Source of the DNA: Aquihabitans sp.
GTDB taxonomy: Bacteria > Actinomycetota > Acidimicrobiia > Acidimicrobiales > Iamiaceae
Direction of reading: 5' to 3'
NCBI GenBank assembly: GCA_025353965.1
Contig: JANXNS010000003.1
Location: 10,776 to 74,775 of the forward strand
Length of the DNA stretch: 64,000 nucleotides
This document shows positions 21,042 to 30,644 of this stretch, one piece after another. Both the position numbers and the translations under genes were made by a program. Every line of letters starts with the position of its first letter. Within the stretch, counting starts at the first letter, position 1. The notes under the pieces were generated by a model. That model saw nothing but the letters and a program-made list of their open reading frames with translations, was not told the DNA's origin and did no database searches.

Positions 21042-23372
21042 GTGCCATCGCCTCCCCCTGCCGACGACGCCGACGACCACGACGAGGCCCACCTGCGGGT
21101 GGGCCGGCCCAAGCACTCGGCCGCCGGCATCCCCGCCTTCGTGGCCACGCTCCGCCATGCGCGAGCGCAGCTTGGACCGGTTCGCGCCGTCAAGACACTG
21201 CTGAAGATCAATCAGCCGCACGGTTTCGACTGCCCCGGGTGTGCGTGGCCGGACCCGGGCCCAACGTCTCCGTTTGAGTTTTGCGAGAACGGGGCCAAGG
21301 CGGTGGCCGAGGAGGCAACGGTTCGCCGGGTCACGCCCGGGTTTTTTGCGGGGCACCCGGTGGCGGAGTTGGCCACCCGTACCGACTATTGGTTGGGCCA
21401 GCAGGGTCGGTTGACCCACCCGATGTACCGGCCGGCGGGGGAGCAGCACTATCGGCCGGTGGCGTGGGACGACGCGTTTGAGATCGTGGCCGACGCTCTG
21501 TCGGCCTCTGGCGACCCGGATCGTGCCGTGTTCTATACGTCGGGCCGGACCAGCAATGAGGCGGCGTTTCTCTACCAACTGTTCGTCCGCAAGCTCGGCA
21601 CCAACAACCTGCCGGATTGCTCGAATATGTGTCACGAATCCAGCAGTGTGGCCCTCGGGCAGACCATTGGCATTGGCAAGGGCAGCGTGACGCTGGACGA
21701 CATGTATGACGCTGACCTGATCATCGTCATGGGCCAGAACCCCGGCACCAACCACCCGCGGATGCTCACCGCCTTGGAGAAGACCAAGGAACGGGGCGGG
21801 ACCATCGTGGCCATCAACCCGCTACGCGAGGCGGGCCTGCTGCGCTTCAAGAACCCGCAACGGCCAAGCGGGGTGGTGGGCCGGGGCACAGAGCTGGCCG
21901 ACGAGTACCTGCAGATCAAGTTGGGGGCGGACCTTGCGCTGTTCCAGTATGTGAACCGTCGGCTGGTGGAACTGGATCGCCAGCGCGGTGGGGTGCTCGA
22001 CCACGAGTTCCTGGACCGCTCGGTGGCCGGGTTCGACGAGTTGGTCACGCACCTGGACACCCTTGATCTGGACGAGCTGCTGGCGGCCACCGGGCTGGAC
22101 CGCAGCGCGGCCGAGCGGCTGGTGGATCTGGTGGCCAGCAACGATCGGATCATCGTCTGTTGGGCCATGGGCATCACCCAACATCGCCAGGCCGTGGCCA
22201 CCATTCGCGAGGTGGTCAACACCGTGTTGTTGCGGGGGAGTATTGGCAAGGCGGGTGCGGGCGTGTGCCCTGTTCGTGGCCACAGCAACGTGCAGGGCGA
22301 CCGGACTATGGGCATCTTCGAGCGGATGCCGGAGTCCTTCCTCCAGGCCCTCGGCGATGAGTTTGGTTTCGAGCCACCTCGCGAGCACGGCTTCGACACG
22401 GTGAAGGCCATCCACGCGATGCAGCGCGGTGAGGTCGACGTGTTCTTTGCGATGGGCGGCAACTTTTTGATGGCCGCGCCGGACACGCAGGCCACCGCCA
22501 AGGCCATCACCAGCTGCAAACTGACCGTGCAGGTGAGTACCAAGCTCAACCGTTCGCATGTGGTCGGTGGGCAAGCATCGCTGATTCTGCCCACGTTCGG
22601 CCGCACTGATCGTGACGTCACCGGCGGCCGGGAGCAGCGGGTGACGGTGGAAGATTCCATGACCATGGTCCACGCCTCGGTTGGCGGCCTGGAGCCGCCC
22701 TCAACCGAGCTGCGTAGCGAGGTGGACATTGTCTGCGGGCTGGCCCAACGGGTGCTGCCCGATGGAGGCGGCGGTATCGACTGGGCCTCGTTCGCCGAGG
22801 ACTACGACCGGATCCGTGACCGCATCGAGGCGGTGATCCCGGGCTTCACCGATTTCAACCGGCGCATCGACACCCCCGGTGGGTTTGCCCTGCCGCACCC
22901 ACCGCGGGACCACGGCACGTTTCCGACGCCGTCCGGTCGGGCTCACCTCACCTGCAACACGTTCGACCCAACGGTGGTGCCGGAGGGCCGGCTCCTGCTG
23001 CAGAGCCTGCGGTCGCACGACCAGTACAACACCACGATCTATGGGCTCGACGACCGCTACCGCGGCATCCACGATGGGCGTCGGGTGGTGTTCGCCTGCC
23101 GCAAGGATCTGGCCCGGTTGGGGTTCGCCGACGGGGACTACGTAGATGTGGTGAGCGAGTGGACCGATGGCGTGGAGCGTCGGGCCCCGCAGTTTCGGCT
23201 GGTGGCCTACGACGTTGCTCCCGGTACCTGCGCCGCGTATTTCCCGGAGGCCAACGTGCTCGTGCCCCTGGGGTCTGTGGCCGACGAGAGCAACACGCCC
23301 ACGTCCAAGGGTGTGGTCGTTCGTTTTGAGCAGGCGGGGAGCGTGCCCGTCGCGGCCATCGCGACGAGCTAG
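21042..23372 (+). CDS. FdhF/YdeP family molybdopterin oxidoreductase
   Basis: GFDCPGCAWPD, FCENGAKA, YTSGRTSNE, NLPDCSNMCHE, RGHSNVQGDRTMG, RSHDQYNTTIYG. Confidence 0.94.
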   Translation: MPSPPPADDADDHDEAHLRVGRPKHSAAGIPAFVATLRHARAQLGPVRAVKTLLKINQPHGFDCPGCAWPDPGPTSPFEFCENGAKAVAEEATVRRVTPGFFAGHPVAELATRTDYWLGQQGRLTHPMYRPAGEQHYRPVAWDDAFEIVADALSASGDPDRAVFYTSGRTSNEAAFLYQLFVRKLGTNNLPDCSNMCHESSSVALGQTIGIGKGSVTLDDMYDADLIIVMGQNPGTNHPRMLTALEKTKERGGTIVAINPLREAGLLRFKNPQRPSGVVGRGTELADEYLQIKLGADLALFQYVNRRLVELDRQRGGVLDHEFLDRSVAGFDELVTHLDTLDLDELLAATGLDRSAAERLVDLVASNDRIIVCWAMGITQHRQAVATIREVVNTVLLRGSIGKAGAGVCPVRGHSNVQGDRTMGIFERMPESFLQALGDEFGFEPPREHGFDTVKAIHAMQRGEVDVFFAMGGNFLMAAPDTQATAKAITSCKLTVQVSTKLNRSHVVGGQASLILPTFGRTDRDVTGGREQRVTVEDSMTMVHASVGGLEPPSTELRSEVDIVCGLAQRVLPDGGGGIDWASFAEDYDRIRDRIEAVIPGFTDFNRRIDTPGGFALPHPPRDHGTFPTPSGRAHLTCNTFDPTVVPEGRLLLQSLRSHDQYNTTIYGLDDRYRGIHDGRRVVFACRKDLARLGFADGDYVDVVSEWTDGVERRAPQFRLVAYDVAPGTCAAYFPEANVLVPLGSVADESNTPTSKGVVVRFEQAGSVPVAAIATS

Positions 23373-24190
23373 AGCAGGGCCGGGGTGGGTCGGCCGGGTT
23401 TGATCCGCTGGCCGGCGGTGGGGGTGAGCACGGCCGTGGTGGCGGCGAGTTCGGTTGCGGTGGGGCAATCGGTGCCGTCGCTGAAGAGGGTGAAGGCCCC
23501 CCAGGCCAGGCCGTACCACGTGTTGTAGCCACGGACGGCGGGGTAGGAGACCTGGACGCCGAGGGCGCAGGCCTTGAGCGGGCCTGGGTCTACCGGGCCG
23601 TTGGCCCCGGCCACCTGCTTCTCGAAGTGCAGGTGGTTGGCCGACGAGGAGCCGGTGGAGCCGACTTTGCCGATCTCGGTGTTCTGGTCCACCCACATCC
23701 CTTGGGCCGGGACCTCGACCTTGGAGAGGTGGGCGTAGAGCGAGGTCACGCCCATGCCGTGATCGATTGTGATCACGTTGCCGTAGCCGGACGACCCGCC
23801 TTGGCCGGTGGCGTTGGCGGCGAAGCCTTTGCCTGCGGCGTAGACGGGCGTGCCCGCGTCGGCGATGAGATCGAGAGCCCAGCGGCTGTGGTGGCCACGG
23901 CACTCGTAACCGAACTGCGAGCCGTGGGAGTTGTAGGTGCAGCCCACCTTGACCTCGGCGCCGTTGACATTGCGGCGGAGCGGCAGCCACTCCGGCGCGC
24001 TGTACTGGCCGGGACCTGGGCTGATGACCACGACGGGTACGGCGGGCACGGCCTCGGTGAACGCACGGGCGGACGTGGGATCGACCGGTTTGGAGGTGGC
24101 CGGGCTGGCACCCACGAAGGCGGCGCCGATGAGCAAGGTGGTGGCCAGCGCCGCGAGAGCAGAGCGCGTTGGCAGAAACTGGTTGGGCAT
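23369..24190 (-). CDS. secreted M23 family metallopeptidase
   Basis: Signal peptide; H..ALD, YGN, YAHL, TGSSSANHLHFE. Confidence 0.88.
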   Translation of the reverse strand: MPNQFLPTRSALAALATTLLIGAAFVGASPATSKPVDPTSARAFTEAVPAVPVVVISPGPGQYSAPEWLPLRRNVNGAEVKVGCTYNSHGSQFGYECRGHHSRWALDLIADAGTPVYAAGKGFAANATGQGGSSGYGNVITIDHGMGVTSLYAHLSKVEVPAQGMWVDQNTEIGKVGSTGSSSANHLHFEKQVAGANGPVDPGPLKACALGVQVSYPAVRGYNTWYGLAWGAFTLFSDGTDCPTATELAATTAVLTPTAGQRIKPGRPTPALL

Positions 24191-24239
24191 GAGCGGTGGT
24201 CTCCTCGACCGCCGTCAAGTATTCGACGAACACTTTACA

Positions 24240-24289
24240 TGACAAACGCGTGACAAACTACTCGCGGCCTTGTGTCAGAGGGGATGTCA
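24240..24289. promoter_or_regulatory. two pairs of 11-bp-periodic TGTCA direct repeats (OmpR/PhoB-type boxes)
   Basis: TGACAAAC at 24240 and 24251; TGTCAG at 24273 and 24284. Confidence 0.5.
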
Positions 24290-24307
24290 GCTTGGCGTTC
24301 CGTCCGC

Positions 24308-25585
24308 TCAGCGGCGGTCCGGGAGGATGAGGCGGAAGGTTGTGGGTGCGGTCTCGGCCACCACCAAGCGTCCGCCTTCGGCTTCGGCCAAGGAGCGAGC
24401 GAGGGCGAGCCCGAGACCATGTCGTTCGGTGCCGGGTGGGCGGCGTAGGAACAAGGTGGTGGGGTCTGCGGTCAGCTCGCCGTGGTCGGCGACCGTGACG
24501 ACGAGATGTTCGGTGTCGATCGTCTCGAAGGTAACGGTGACGGGGCCGGTGCCGTGGCGGTCGGCGTTGTCGATCAGCACGTCGAGGATCTCGTCGAGCA
24601 CCTGGGTGCTGATGCGAATCTTGGGCTGGTCTTGGCCGGTCACCGAGAGCGTGGTGTGGTGGCGAGCGAGGACCGGTTCCCAACGGGTTCGGATGCTGGC
24701 CATCACCGTGTGGACGTCGACCGGTTCGTATTCGCGAGGGAGGTCACGGGCCACGGCCAGCAATGTCGTGATGGTGGACTCCAGTCGGTCGAGGTCTGCG
24801 AGCACGTCGTGGAGGACCTCCTGATGGTCGTCGCGGGGGACAGCCAGCTCCGACTCCACGGCCAGCCGCATGCTGGTGACCGGCGTACGCAACTGGTGCG
24901 ACGCGTTGGCGGAGAACGTGCGCTCGCGTTGGAGCACGGCGTCGAGGCGGCTCGCGGTGTCGGCCAATGCATGGGAGGTTTCGTCGATCTCAGCGACACC
25001 GCTGTAGCGGGCCGCTATGGCGAAATCGCCGTACCCAAGACTGACGGCATCGTCGCGGACATCGCGGAGTGGGCGGGTCAGTCGGCCGGCGACGACTGCG
25101 CCGACGGCGGCCGCAATGGTCACGGCGAGAACGTCCACCCCGAACAGCACGAGGAGATCCCGCCGGATGTGTTTGGTGGTCTCCGACAAAGGTTCCGCCA
25201 CCCGAATAGTGGCGACCCGCTTGTCATCAATGGTGACTGGTTGGGCCAGCACCCGATCCGGCCCGACGACTCCGTCGACGGTGGCGAACCCGGGTTGGCT
25301 GGTGATGGCGTCGGCATGGGCCGGGCCCTTGCCCGCTATGCGCCGACCACTGGTGTCGTAGATGGCCACGGCGAGGCCATCTGGTTGGGGGTCAAGCTGC
25401 ACCTCGGCCCCGGGCTGGCCGATGTTGGCGTCGAGCGCCGCCGCGGTTCGTTCCGCGGCCCGGTCCAGTTCCAATACGGCCTCGGCCTGCTTGCGCTTCA
25501 CCACGATGACCCCGAGGGGCAGGGTCAGGACGGCCGTGGCCAACACCACCACGCCGATGATGGCGGTGAGAATGCGCCGCCTCAC
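24308..25585 (-). CDS. sensor histidine kinase (HAMP-HisKA-HATPase)
   Basis: Two TM segments, SHQLRTP H-box, LIDNA.RHG, GLGLALAR. Confidence 0.93.
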   Translation of the reverse strand: MRRRILTAIIGVVVLATAVLTLPLGVIVVKRKQAEAVLELDRAAERTAAALDANIGQPGAEVQLDPQPDGLAVAIYDTSGRRIAGKGPAHADAITSQPGFATVDGVVGPDRVLAQPVTIDDKRVATIRVAEPLSETTKHIRRDLLVLFGVDVLAVTIAAAVGAVVAGRLTRPLRDVRDDAVSLGYGDFAIAARYSGVAEIDETSHALADTASRLDAVLQRERTFSANASHQLRTPVTSMRLAVESELAVPRDDHQEVLHDVLADLDRLESTITTLLAVARDLPREYEPVDVHTVMASIRTRWEPVLARHHTTLSVTGQDQPKIRISTQVLDEILDVLIDNADRHGTGPVTVTFETIDTEHLVVTVADHGELTADPTTLFLRRPPGTERHGLGLALARSLAEAEGGRLVVAETAPTTFRLILPDRR

Positions 25586-26265
25586 CCGGCGGGCTCCCAG
25601 CGGTAGCCAACACCGCGCAGCGACGTGATTCGGCTGGGGTCGCCCGGTTGCTCGCCGAGGCGCCGACGAAGAGATGCCATGTGCACGTCGAGGGTCTTGG
25701 TGGAGCCGAACCAGTGCTCGTCCCAGACGTTCGACATGAGCGATTCTCGAGTCAGTGCTTGACCCTTGTGGCTCAGGAGTTCCGTGAGCAGATCGAATTC
25801 CTTGGCCCGGAGTTGGAGTTCGGTCCCGGCCAGAACGGCTCTGCGGGCGTCGAGGTCTACGGTGAGGTCCCCATCGGTGAGGGTTCGTGCGTTCGTCGTT
25901 GAGTCTGGCCGGCGGAGGTGAGCGCGCACCCGGGCCAGAAGTTCGGCGAGACGGAACGGCTTGGTGATGTAGTCGGCGGCGCCCGTATCGAGGCCGATGA
26001 CCACGTCCATCTCCTCGGTTCGCGCCGTCAGCATGAGGATCGGTAGGCCGGGCCAGCGGGCCAGGTACTCGCGGGCGACCTCGAGGCCATCGCCATCGGG
26101 CAAGCCGAGGTCGAGCAGCACGAGATCCGGCGGCTCGGTCACGGCGCGGGCGGTGGCCGCGGTGTCGACCCAGCTCACGTCGTAGCCGGCGTTGCCCAGG
26201 GCTCGTTCGAGGTTGGCGCCGATGCCCGCGTCATCTTCCACTACCAACAGGCGTGACCGGTCCAT
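25582..26265 (-). CDS. OmpR-family response regulator
   Basis: LLVVEDD, LLDLGLPDGDG, ILMLTAR, DYITKPF, winged-helix TLDVH...LRRRL. Confidence 0.95.
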   Translation of the reverse strand: MDRSRLLVVEDDAGIGANLERALGNAGYDVSWVDTAATARAVTEPPDLVLLDLGLPDGDGLEVAREYLARWPGLPILMLTARTEEMDVVIGLDTGAADYITKPFRLAELLARVRAHLRRPDSTTNARTLTDGDLTVDLDARRAVLAGTELQLRAKEFDLLTELLSHKGQALTRESLMSNVWDEHWFGSTKTLDVHMASLRRRLGEQPGDPSRITSLRGVGYRWEPAG

Positions 26266-26312
26266 GCCCTCAACGTAGGCGGGCCGGTCGTCTGGGTGCG
26301 GCAGGGTCACCT

Positions 26313-27083
26313 TTAGGCCGACTCCGGGCGGGGACTGGCCAGCGGAAGGGCGAGCAACGCAACGCTGACCGCGAGGAACCATCCGGCCACAACATCGGTT
26401 GGGTGATGGAAGCCGAGCGTCACTCGTGACATGCCAACCAACATAACGAAGCCAAGGCCCGCGAGTGCCAACTCGGTCCAGCGGCGGCCACTCGGACGCA
26501 CGAGCGTAAGTGCCGCGAGCAACGCCATGGTGTTGGAGGCGTGGCCACTGGGAAACGAATCTGATCCGACGCTCACCGGCACGGTGGCCATTCCACGCTG
26601 CAGGAGCACGACGCCCAAGTAAAGGGGAACCAGCCAAAGCGCCGCCTTGGCTGACCGGCGGCCGATAACCCACGCGGCAACAGCAATCATGGCTACAACG
26701 ATCACTAGGCGAGTCGACCCGGCGAGGGCGTAGGCCCGCTCCGGGTCCGGCAGGCGCTGACGCCCAACCAATGCCTTGGCGAAGCGATCGATGAGATGTA
26801 CCGCCGCGACCACGAAGACCACATAGCCGGCATCACGCCACCGTTGCGTAGTCGCCAGCCCTGCCAGGGCCGCGGTGAGAATGGCGGCTCGAACCGGCGC
26901 CGAGCCGAGGGTCGAGAACAGGCCCGACAACCGAAGTACCAGCGTGCTATCGACTGGCCCCTTGGCCAGCCACCTATCGAGGTTGTCCGGGTTGGTGGAC
27001 ACCGCCGTCCAGGTCAGCGCGACGAGGCCTACGAGGGACCCGACCAACACCACGCGAGCGCTGGTGGTGGTCGGATGCCGCAT
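26313..27083 (-). CDS. PAP2 family membrane phosphatase
   Basis: K...GRQR, SFPSGHA, SRVTLGFHHPTDV. Confidence 0.88.
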   Translation of the reverse strand: MRHPTTTSARVVLVGSLVGLVALTWTAVSTNPDNLDRWLAKGPVDSTLVLRLSGLFSTLGSAPVRAAILTAALAGLATTQRWRDAGYVVFVVAAVHLIDRFAKALVGRQRLPDPERAYALAGSTRLVIVVAMIAVAAWVIGRRSAKAALWLVPLYLGVVLLQRGMATVPVSVGSDSFPSGHASNTMALLAALTLVRPSGRRWTELALAGLGFVMLVGMSRVTLGFHHPTDVVAGWFLAVSVALLALPLASPRPESA

Positions 27084-27207
27084 CGTCTGAATGTATATAC
27101 GACCAGGTAAGACCCGACCCCCTCCTCGGTGAACGGACGGCAAGACGCGCCCCAGTGGCAGCTATGGTCGAGGGCACCCCCTGCCAGCTCATCGGACTCG
27201 GACGCAG

Positions 27208-28131
27208 ATGCTCATCCTCGCTGGCTCAGCTTTGCTGTACGGCCTTCGCCACGGGATCGATTGGGACCATCTCGCAGCGATCACTGACCTCACCAGTGCC
27301 CAGGATTCGCCTCGGCGTGGCCTCAAAGTGGCTTCGGCGTACGCCATCGGCCACGGGGTTGTGGTGTTGGTACTTGGCAGCGCGGCGATCTTGGGCAGCA
27401 GGCTGATCCCACCGGCCATCGACGACGTCATGGGCCGGGTTGTCGGCGTGACGTTGATCGCTCTCGCGTTGAGCGTTGTGGTGGGACTGATCCGAGATCA
27501 CCGAGGGTTCCGGTACCGGAGCCGCTGGATGCTGATCGGATCAGGGTTGTCGCAGGCCAAGACCTGGGCGCGGCGCCGCTTCGTGGAGATCCGCCATGAC
27601 CATCCCCATGACCATCCCCATGACCATCCCCACGGTGATGCTCATGGCGATGATGCCCACTGCCTCCCTGAGTTGATTGCTGATCCTGACTCTGAGCGGG
27701 GCCTTCACTTGGCCGACCGTGCGCAGATCACCATGGCTGTCCAGCATGGCCATGGCCATCGCCACATCCTGCCCGTACCGCTGGACCCGTTCGCCGTACC
27801 GGGGGTGTCCACGGCCGCGGCCATCGGGATGTTGCACGGGATCGGCGCCGAGACCCCTACCCAGGTCATTGTCTTTCTCACGGCGGCGCACGTGGCCGGT
27901 CCCGCTGCTGGTTTGGCGCTGCTCGTGTGTTTCATCGTCGGGATCTTCGTCTCCAACACCGTTGTGGCGACAGCCTCCAGTTACGGCTATCTGAACGCGA
28001 GCCGAAGCTTCCCGCTCTACGCCGCGATCGGTATCGCCAACGCGGTCGCCAGCCTCGTTGTCGGCACCATCCTCCTGTCGGGCGGAACGCTCCCAACGCT
28101 CCTGGCCTCGCGCGATCAACGTGAGGTATAA
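27208..28131 (+). CDS. high-affinity Ni/Co permease (NiCoT/HoxN-NicO-like) with His-rich loop
   Basis: GLRHGIDWDHLAAI, GHG, GMLHGIGAETPTQ; multiple TM segments; HDHPHDHPHDHPHG loop. Confidence 0.82.
   Translation: MLILAGSALLYGLRHGIDWDHLAAITDLTSAQDSPRRGLKVASAYAIGHGVVVLVLGSAAILGSRLIPPAIDDVMGRVVGVTLIALALSVVVGLIRDHRGFRYRSRWMLIGSGLSQAKTWARRRFVEIRHDHPHDHPHDHPHGDAHGDDAHCLPELIADPDSERGLHLADRAQITMAVQHGHGHRHILPVPLDPFAVPGVSTAAAIGMLHGIGAETPTQVIVFLTAAHVAGPAAGLALLVCFIVGIFVSNTVVATASSYGYLNASRSFPLYAAIGIANAVASLVVGTILLSGGTLPTLLASRDQREV
27595..27630 (+). repeat. in-frame 12-bp tandem repeat encoding (HDHP)3
   Basis: CATGACCATCCC x3. Confidence 0.9.
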
Positions 28132-28139
28132 CGCTTGCG

Positions 28140-28841
28140 GTGGACCGGGACCTGGCGTGGGACGGATGCAGAAATGTGCGGGATCTTGGCGGCATGCCAA
28201 TGGACGACGGGGGCACGACCCCGTTCGGTCGTGTCATTCGGGCGGACAACCCGTCGCGCCTGACTGCGGTTGGCTGGGAGGCGCTGCGGACCGCTGGTGT
28301 CCGCACCGTCATCACGTTGCGCACGCTCGGCACCACCGACGAGGATCCCGATCCGGCGATGGTGCCCGATGGGATCGTCATCGAGCGGGTGGACCTTGAA
28401 GACGCGACTGACCCCGAGTTCCAGCGGCGCTGCATGGACACCGGCATCTGGATGACGCCACTGGAGTGGTCCGAGATGCTCCAGTACTGGCCAGAGCGGT
28501 GCGCCGCTGCGGTTGCCGCCGTCGCCCATGCGAGAGGCGGCGTCGTGGTCATCTCGTGTGGGATTGGTCGGGACCGCACCGGACTCGTCGCGTTCCTCCT
28601 GCAGGCCGTCGTCGGTGTTACTGCTGAGGCGATCGCCCAGGACTGGTCGCACAGCACCGGTCGACTCGCGGGCGATCCGCTCGCCGGTGAGATGCCTGTG
28701 TCACACATTCTGGAGCGAGAGGGGTCCAAGGTGGAACTCGCCGTCCTGGCCGCCATGGACATGGGTGTGGAATCTCGGTTGCGCGAAGGAGGGCTGAGCG
28801 CAGCGGACCTGGCCACGGTGCGCAATCGCCTCTTGGGGTGA
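28140..28841 (+). CDS. tyrosine-protein phosphatase family protein (Y_phosphatase3-like)
   Basis: NVRDLGG, GVRTVITLR, P-loop SCGIGRDRTG. Confidence 0.85.
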   Translation: MDRDLAWDGCRNVRDLGGMPMDDGGTTPFGRVIRADNPSRLTAVGWEALRTAGVRTVITLRTLGTTDEDPDPAMVPDGIVIERVDLEDATDPEFQRRCMDTGIWMTPLEWSEMLQYWPERCAAAVAAVAHARGGVVVISCGIGRDRTGLVAFLLQAVVGVTAEAIAQDWSHSTGRLAGDPLAGEMPVSHILEREGSKVELAVLAAMDMGVESRLREGGLSAADLATVRNRLLG

Positions 28842-29041
28842 GGTCGCGGCCGAGCCGCGAGGGCGGGGGACTGCGGGAGCGGCCCGGATCCGCCTAGGGC
28901 GAGGCCAGCGCAGCTCCGGGTGGTTGACCTACCGCCGTCCTCGGTCAGATCGGTGGTCACTTTGACCCTGTTCTTGCCCAGCACGAGCCAAGTGGTGATT
29001 CATCTGGTCGGGATGTCGAAGTCGTCTTCGGCGGTGTACCG

Positions 29042-29725
29042 GTGAAGCTCTATCGACCGTCGGGCGCGGCGGCTGTCTTACTCCTCGGTCATGGAGGAGG
29101 CCACAGCAAGGACTCGCCCAGGTTCGAACGGCTTGCAAGGCGCTATGCAGACGAGACGGGCCTGGCCGTTGCTTGCATCGACGCCGTTGATCACGGGGAA
29201 CGACAGGACCTCGCGACCGGCGAAGGCATCCCGTCAGGCTGGCACTCACGGGCCATCGACCGAATGGTCGAAGACTGGCAGGCGACCGCCGCCGCCCTCG
29301 AGGCGATCGGGCCAGCCATCGCTTACGTCGGGTTCTCTATGGGTGCCATCTTCGGGTTTCCGACCACCGCAGCGATGGCAACGATCCAGGCGGCCGTGTT
29401 CGTCGCTGGAGGCATACCGAACGGCGGCGGCATCGACGATCCTCGACTCGGACCACTCATCCTTGACGCCGCATCGTCGCTCGACCACTGCCAGGTGCTC
29501 ATGTTGAACAAGACCGACGATGACATCTTCCCCATCGACGGGGTGCACGCTGTCTTCGATGCCGTACCTGGAACCACGAAGGAGCTGTTGTTCTGGGAGG
29601 GAGATCACAACGATTGGCCCCCGGACCTCATCGCCTGCTCGATCGCCTTCCTCCGGCAGCACCTCGAACAAGCTGACCGCGTGTGTCGAAACGCTGGCGG
29701 CGGAACCATGCCGGAGCAGCGGTAG
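29042..29725 (+). CDS. alpha/beta hydrolase (dienelactone hydrolase-like)
   Basis: LLGHGGG, IDAVDHGER, YVGFSMG, C-terminal D...H; 5' end uncertain. Confidence 0.72.
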   Translation: MKLYRPSGAAAVLLLGHGGGHSKDSPRFERLARRYADETGLAVACIDAVDHGERQDLATGEGIPSGWHSRAIDRMVEDWQATAAALEAIGPAIAYVGFSMGAIFGFPTTAAMATIQAAVFVAGGIPNGGGIDDPRLGPLILDAASSLDHCQVLMLNKTDDDIFPIDGVHAVFDAVPGTTKELLFWEGDHNDWPPDLIACSIAFLRQHLEQADRVCRNAGGGTMPEQR

Positions 29726-29826
29726 CGGACAGAAGCCTGGCCAGCGAGGAGCAGAGGGCCCATCAGCGGACGACACCGCTACGTTCGTCTCACGCTTGCC
29801 TCAGTCCTACCTTGCGTCGACGTCGG

Positions 29827-29849
29827 CATGCTTGCATAATGAAAGCATG
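29827..29849 (+). promoter_or_regulatory. vapBC operator/promoter, probably leaderless
   Basis: Inverted repeat CATGCTT-N9-AAGCATG enclosing a -10-like CATAAT (29835-29840) and overlapping the ATG at 29847. Confidence 0.62.
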
Positions 29850-30077
29850 CCAAACATCCTCGTACGGGACCTGCCCGACGACGTCCACGGTGCACTTCAG
29901 CAGCGGGCTGAGAAGCAGGGTCAGTCCTTGCAGCAGTACCTGACGAACGAACTCACCCGCCTGGTCGAACGCCCGACTCCGGAAGAGCTCTTCGCCCGCG
30001 TCGCACGCCGCCGCGGCGGCAATGTCGGCCTGGCGCGAGCGGTGGCTGATCTCCAGAGCGAGCGCCCTGTCTCGTGA
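29847..30077 (+). CDS. FitA-like ribbon-helix-helix antitoxin
   Basis: MPNILVRDLPDDVH..L..RA...GQSLQQYL; 4-bp overlap with the PIN gene. Confidence 0.87.
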   Translation: MPNILVRDLPDDVHGALQQRAEKQGQSLQQYLTNELTRLVERPTPEELFARVARRRGGNVGLARAVADLQSERPVS

Positions 30078-30472
30078 TCGTCGTCGATGCCTCCATCCTT
30101 GCCAACGCCTTGGCGGACGACGGCGCCGACGGCGCTACAGCTCGCCACCGCCTCACCGGCGCCTCACCGCTCGCCGCGCCGGACCTGATCGACGTGGAGA
30201 CTGTTGCGGTCCTCCGGAAGCGCTGGATCGCTGGCGATCTCACCGACCAGCGCTTCTCTGACGCGATCGAGGACCTCGAGGACCTCGATCTAACCCGCTA
30301 TCGGATGCTCCCGCTGATGCGCCGAGCATTCGAGCTACGTGCCAACGTGACGGTTTACGATGCCACCTACGTCGCCCTGGCCGAACGACTCGACTGCACT
30401 CTGCTGACTGCGGACCAACGACTTGCTACCGCGCCGACGATCGCGTGCTCGGTGGAAGTCCTGCATCCCTGA
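30074..30472 (+). CDS. vapC: VapC PIN-domain toxin
   Basis: MIVVDAS, DVE, YDATYVALAE, LLTADQRL. Confidence 0.92.
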   Translation: MIVVDASILANALADDGADGATARHRLTGASPLAAPDLIDVETVAVLRKRWIAGDLTDQRFSDAIEDLEDLDLTRYRMLPLMRRAFELRANVTVYDATYVALAERLDCTLLTADQRLATAPTIACSVEVLHP

Positions 30473-30644
30473 ACGTCGGTTGGACAGAGGGAAGTGTCCC
30501 GACCAAGGCAGGGCCGAGACCGCCGACGACGACCAGAATGGCAGTGGCCCTCAACACCAGCAGCGCCTTGCGTCCAATTGACGGCCGCTTCCCCTGCGTT
30601 TCCATCGGATTCCATCGGTCTAAAGACTGCGGTCCCTCGGCCGA

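Noticed and set aside
16435-21755. Extended ORFs 16435-18453 and 19302-21755 as domain fusions
   Set aside because: The extensions are off-frame or antisense overlaps of rlmB and FdhF; ABC-F homology starts at 16819 and 20957.
21042-23372. Selenocysteine-containing formate dehydrogenase
   Set aside because: No in-frame TGA; the ligand region reads DCSNMCHE, typical of the Cys-type YdeP group.
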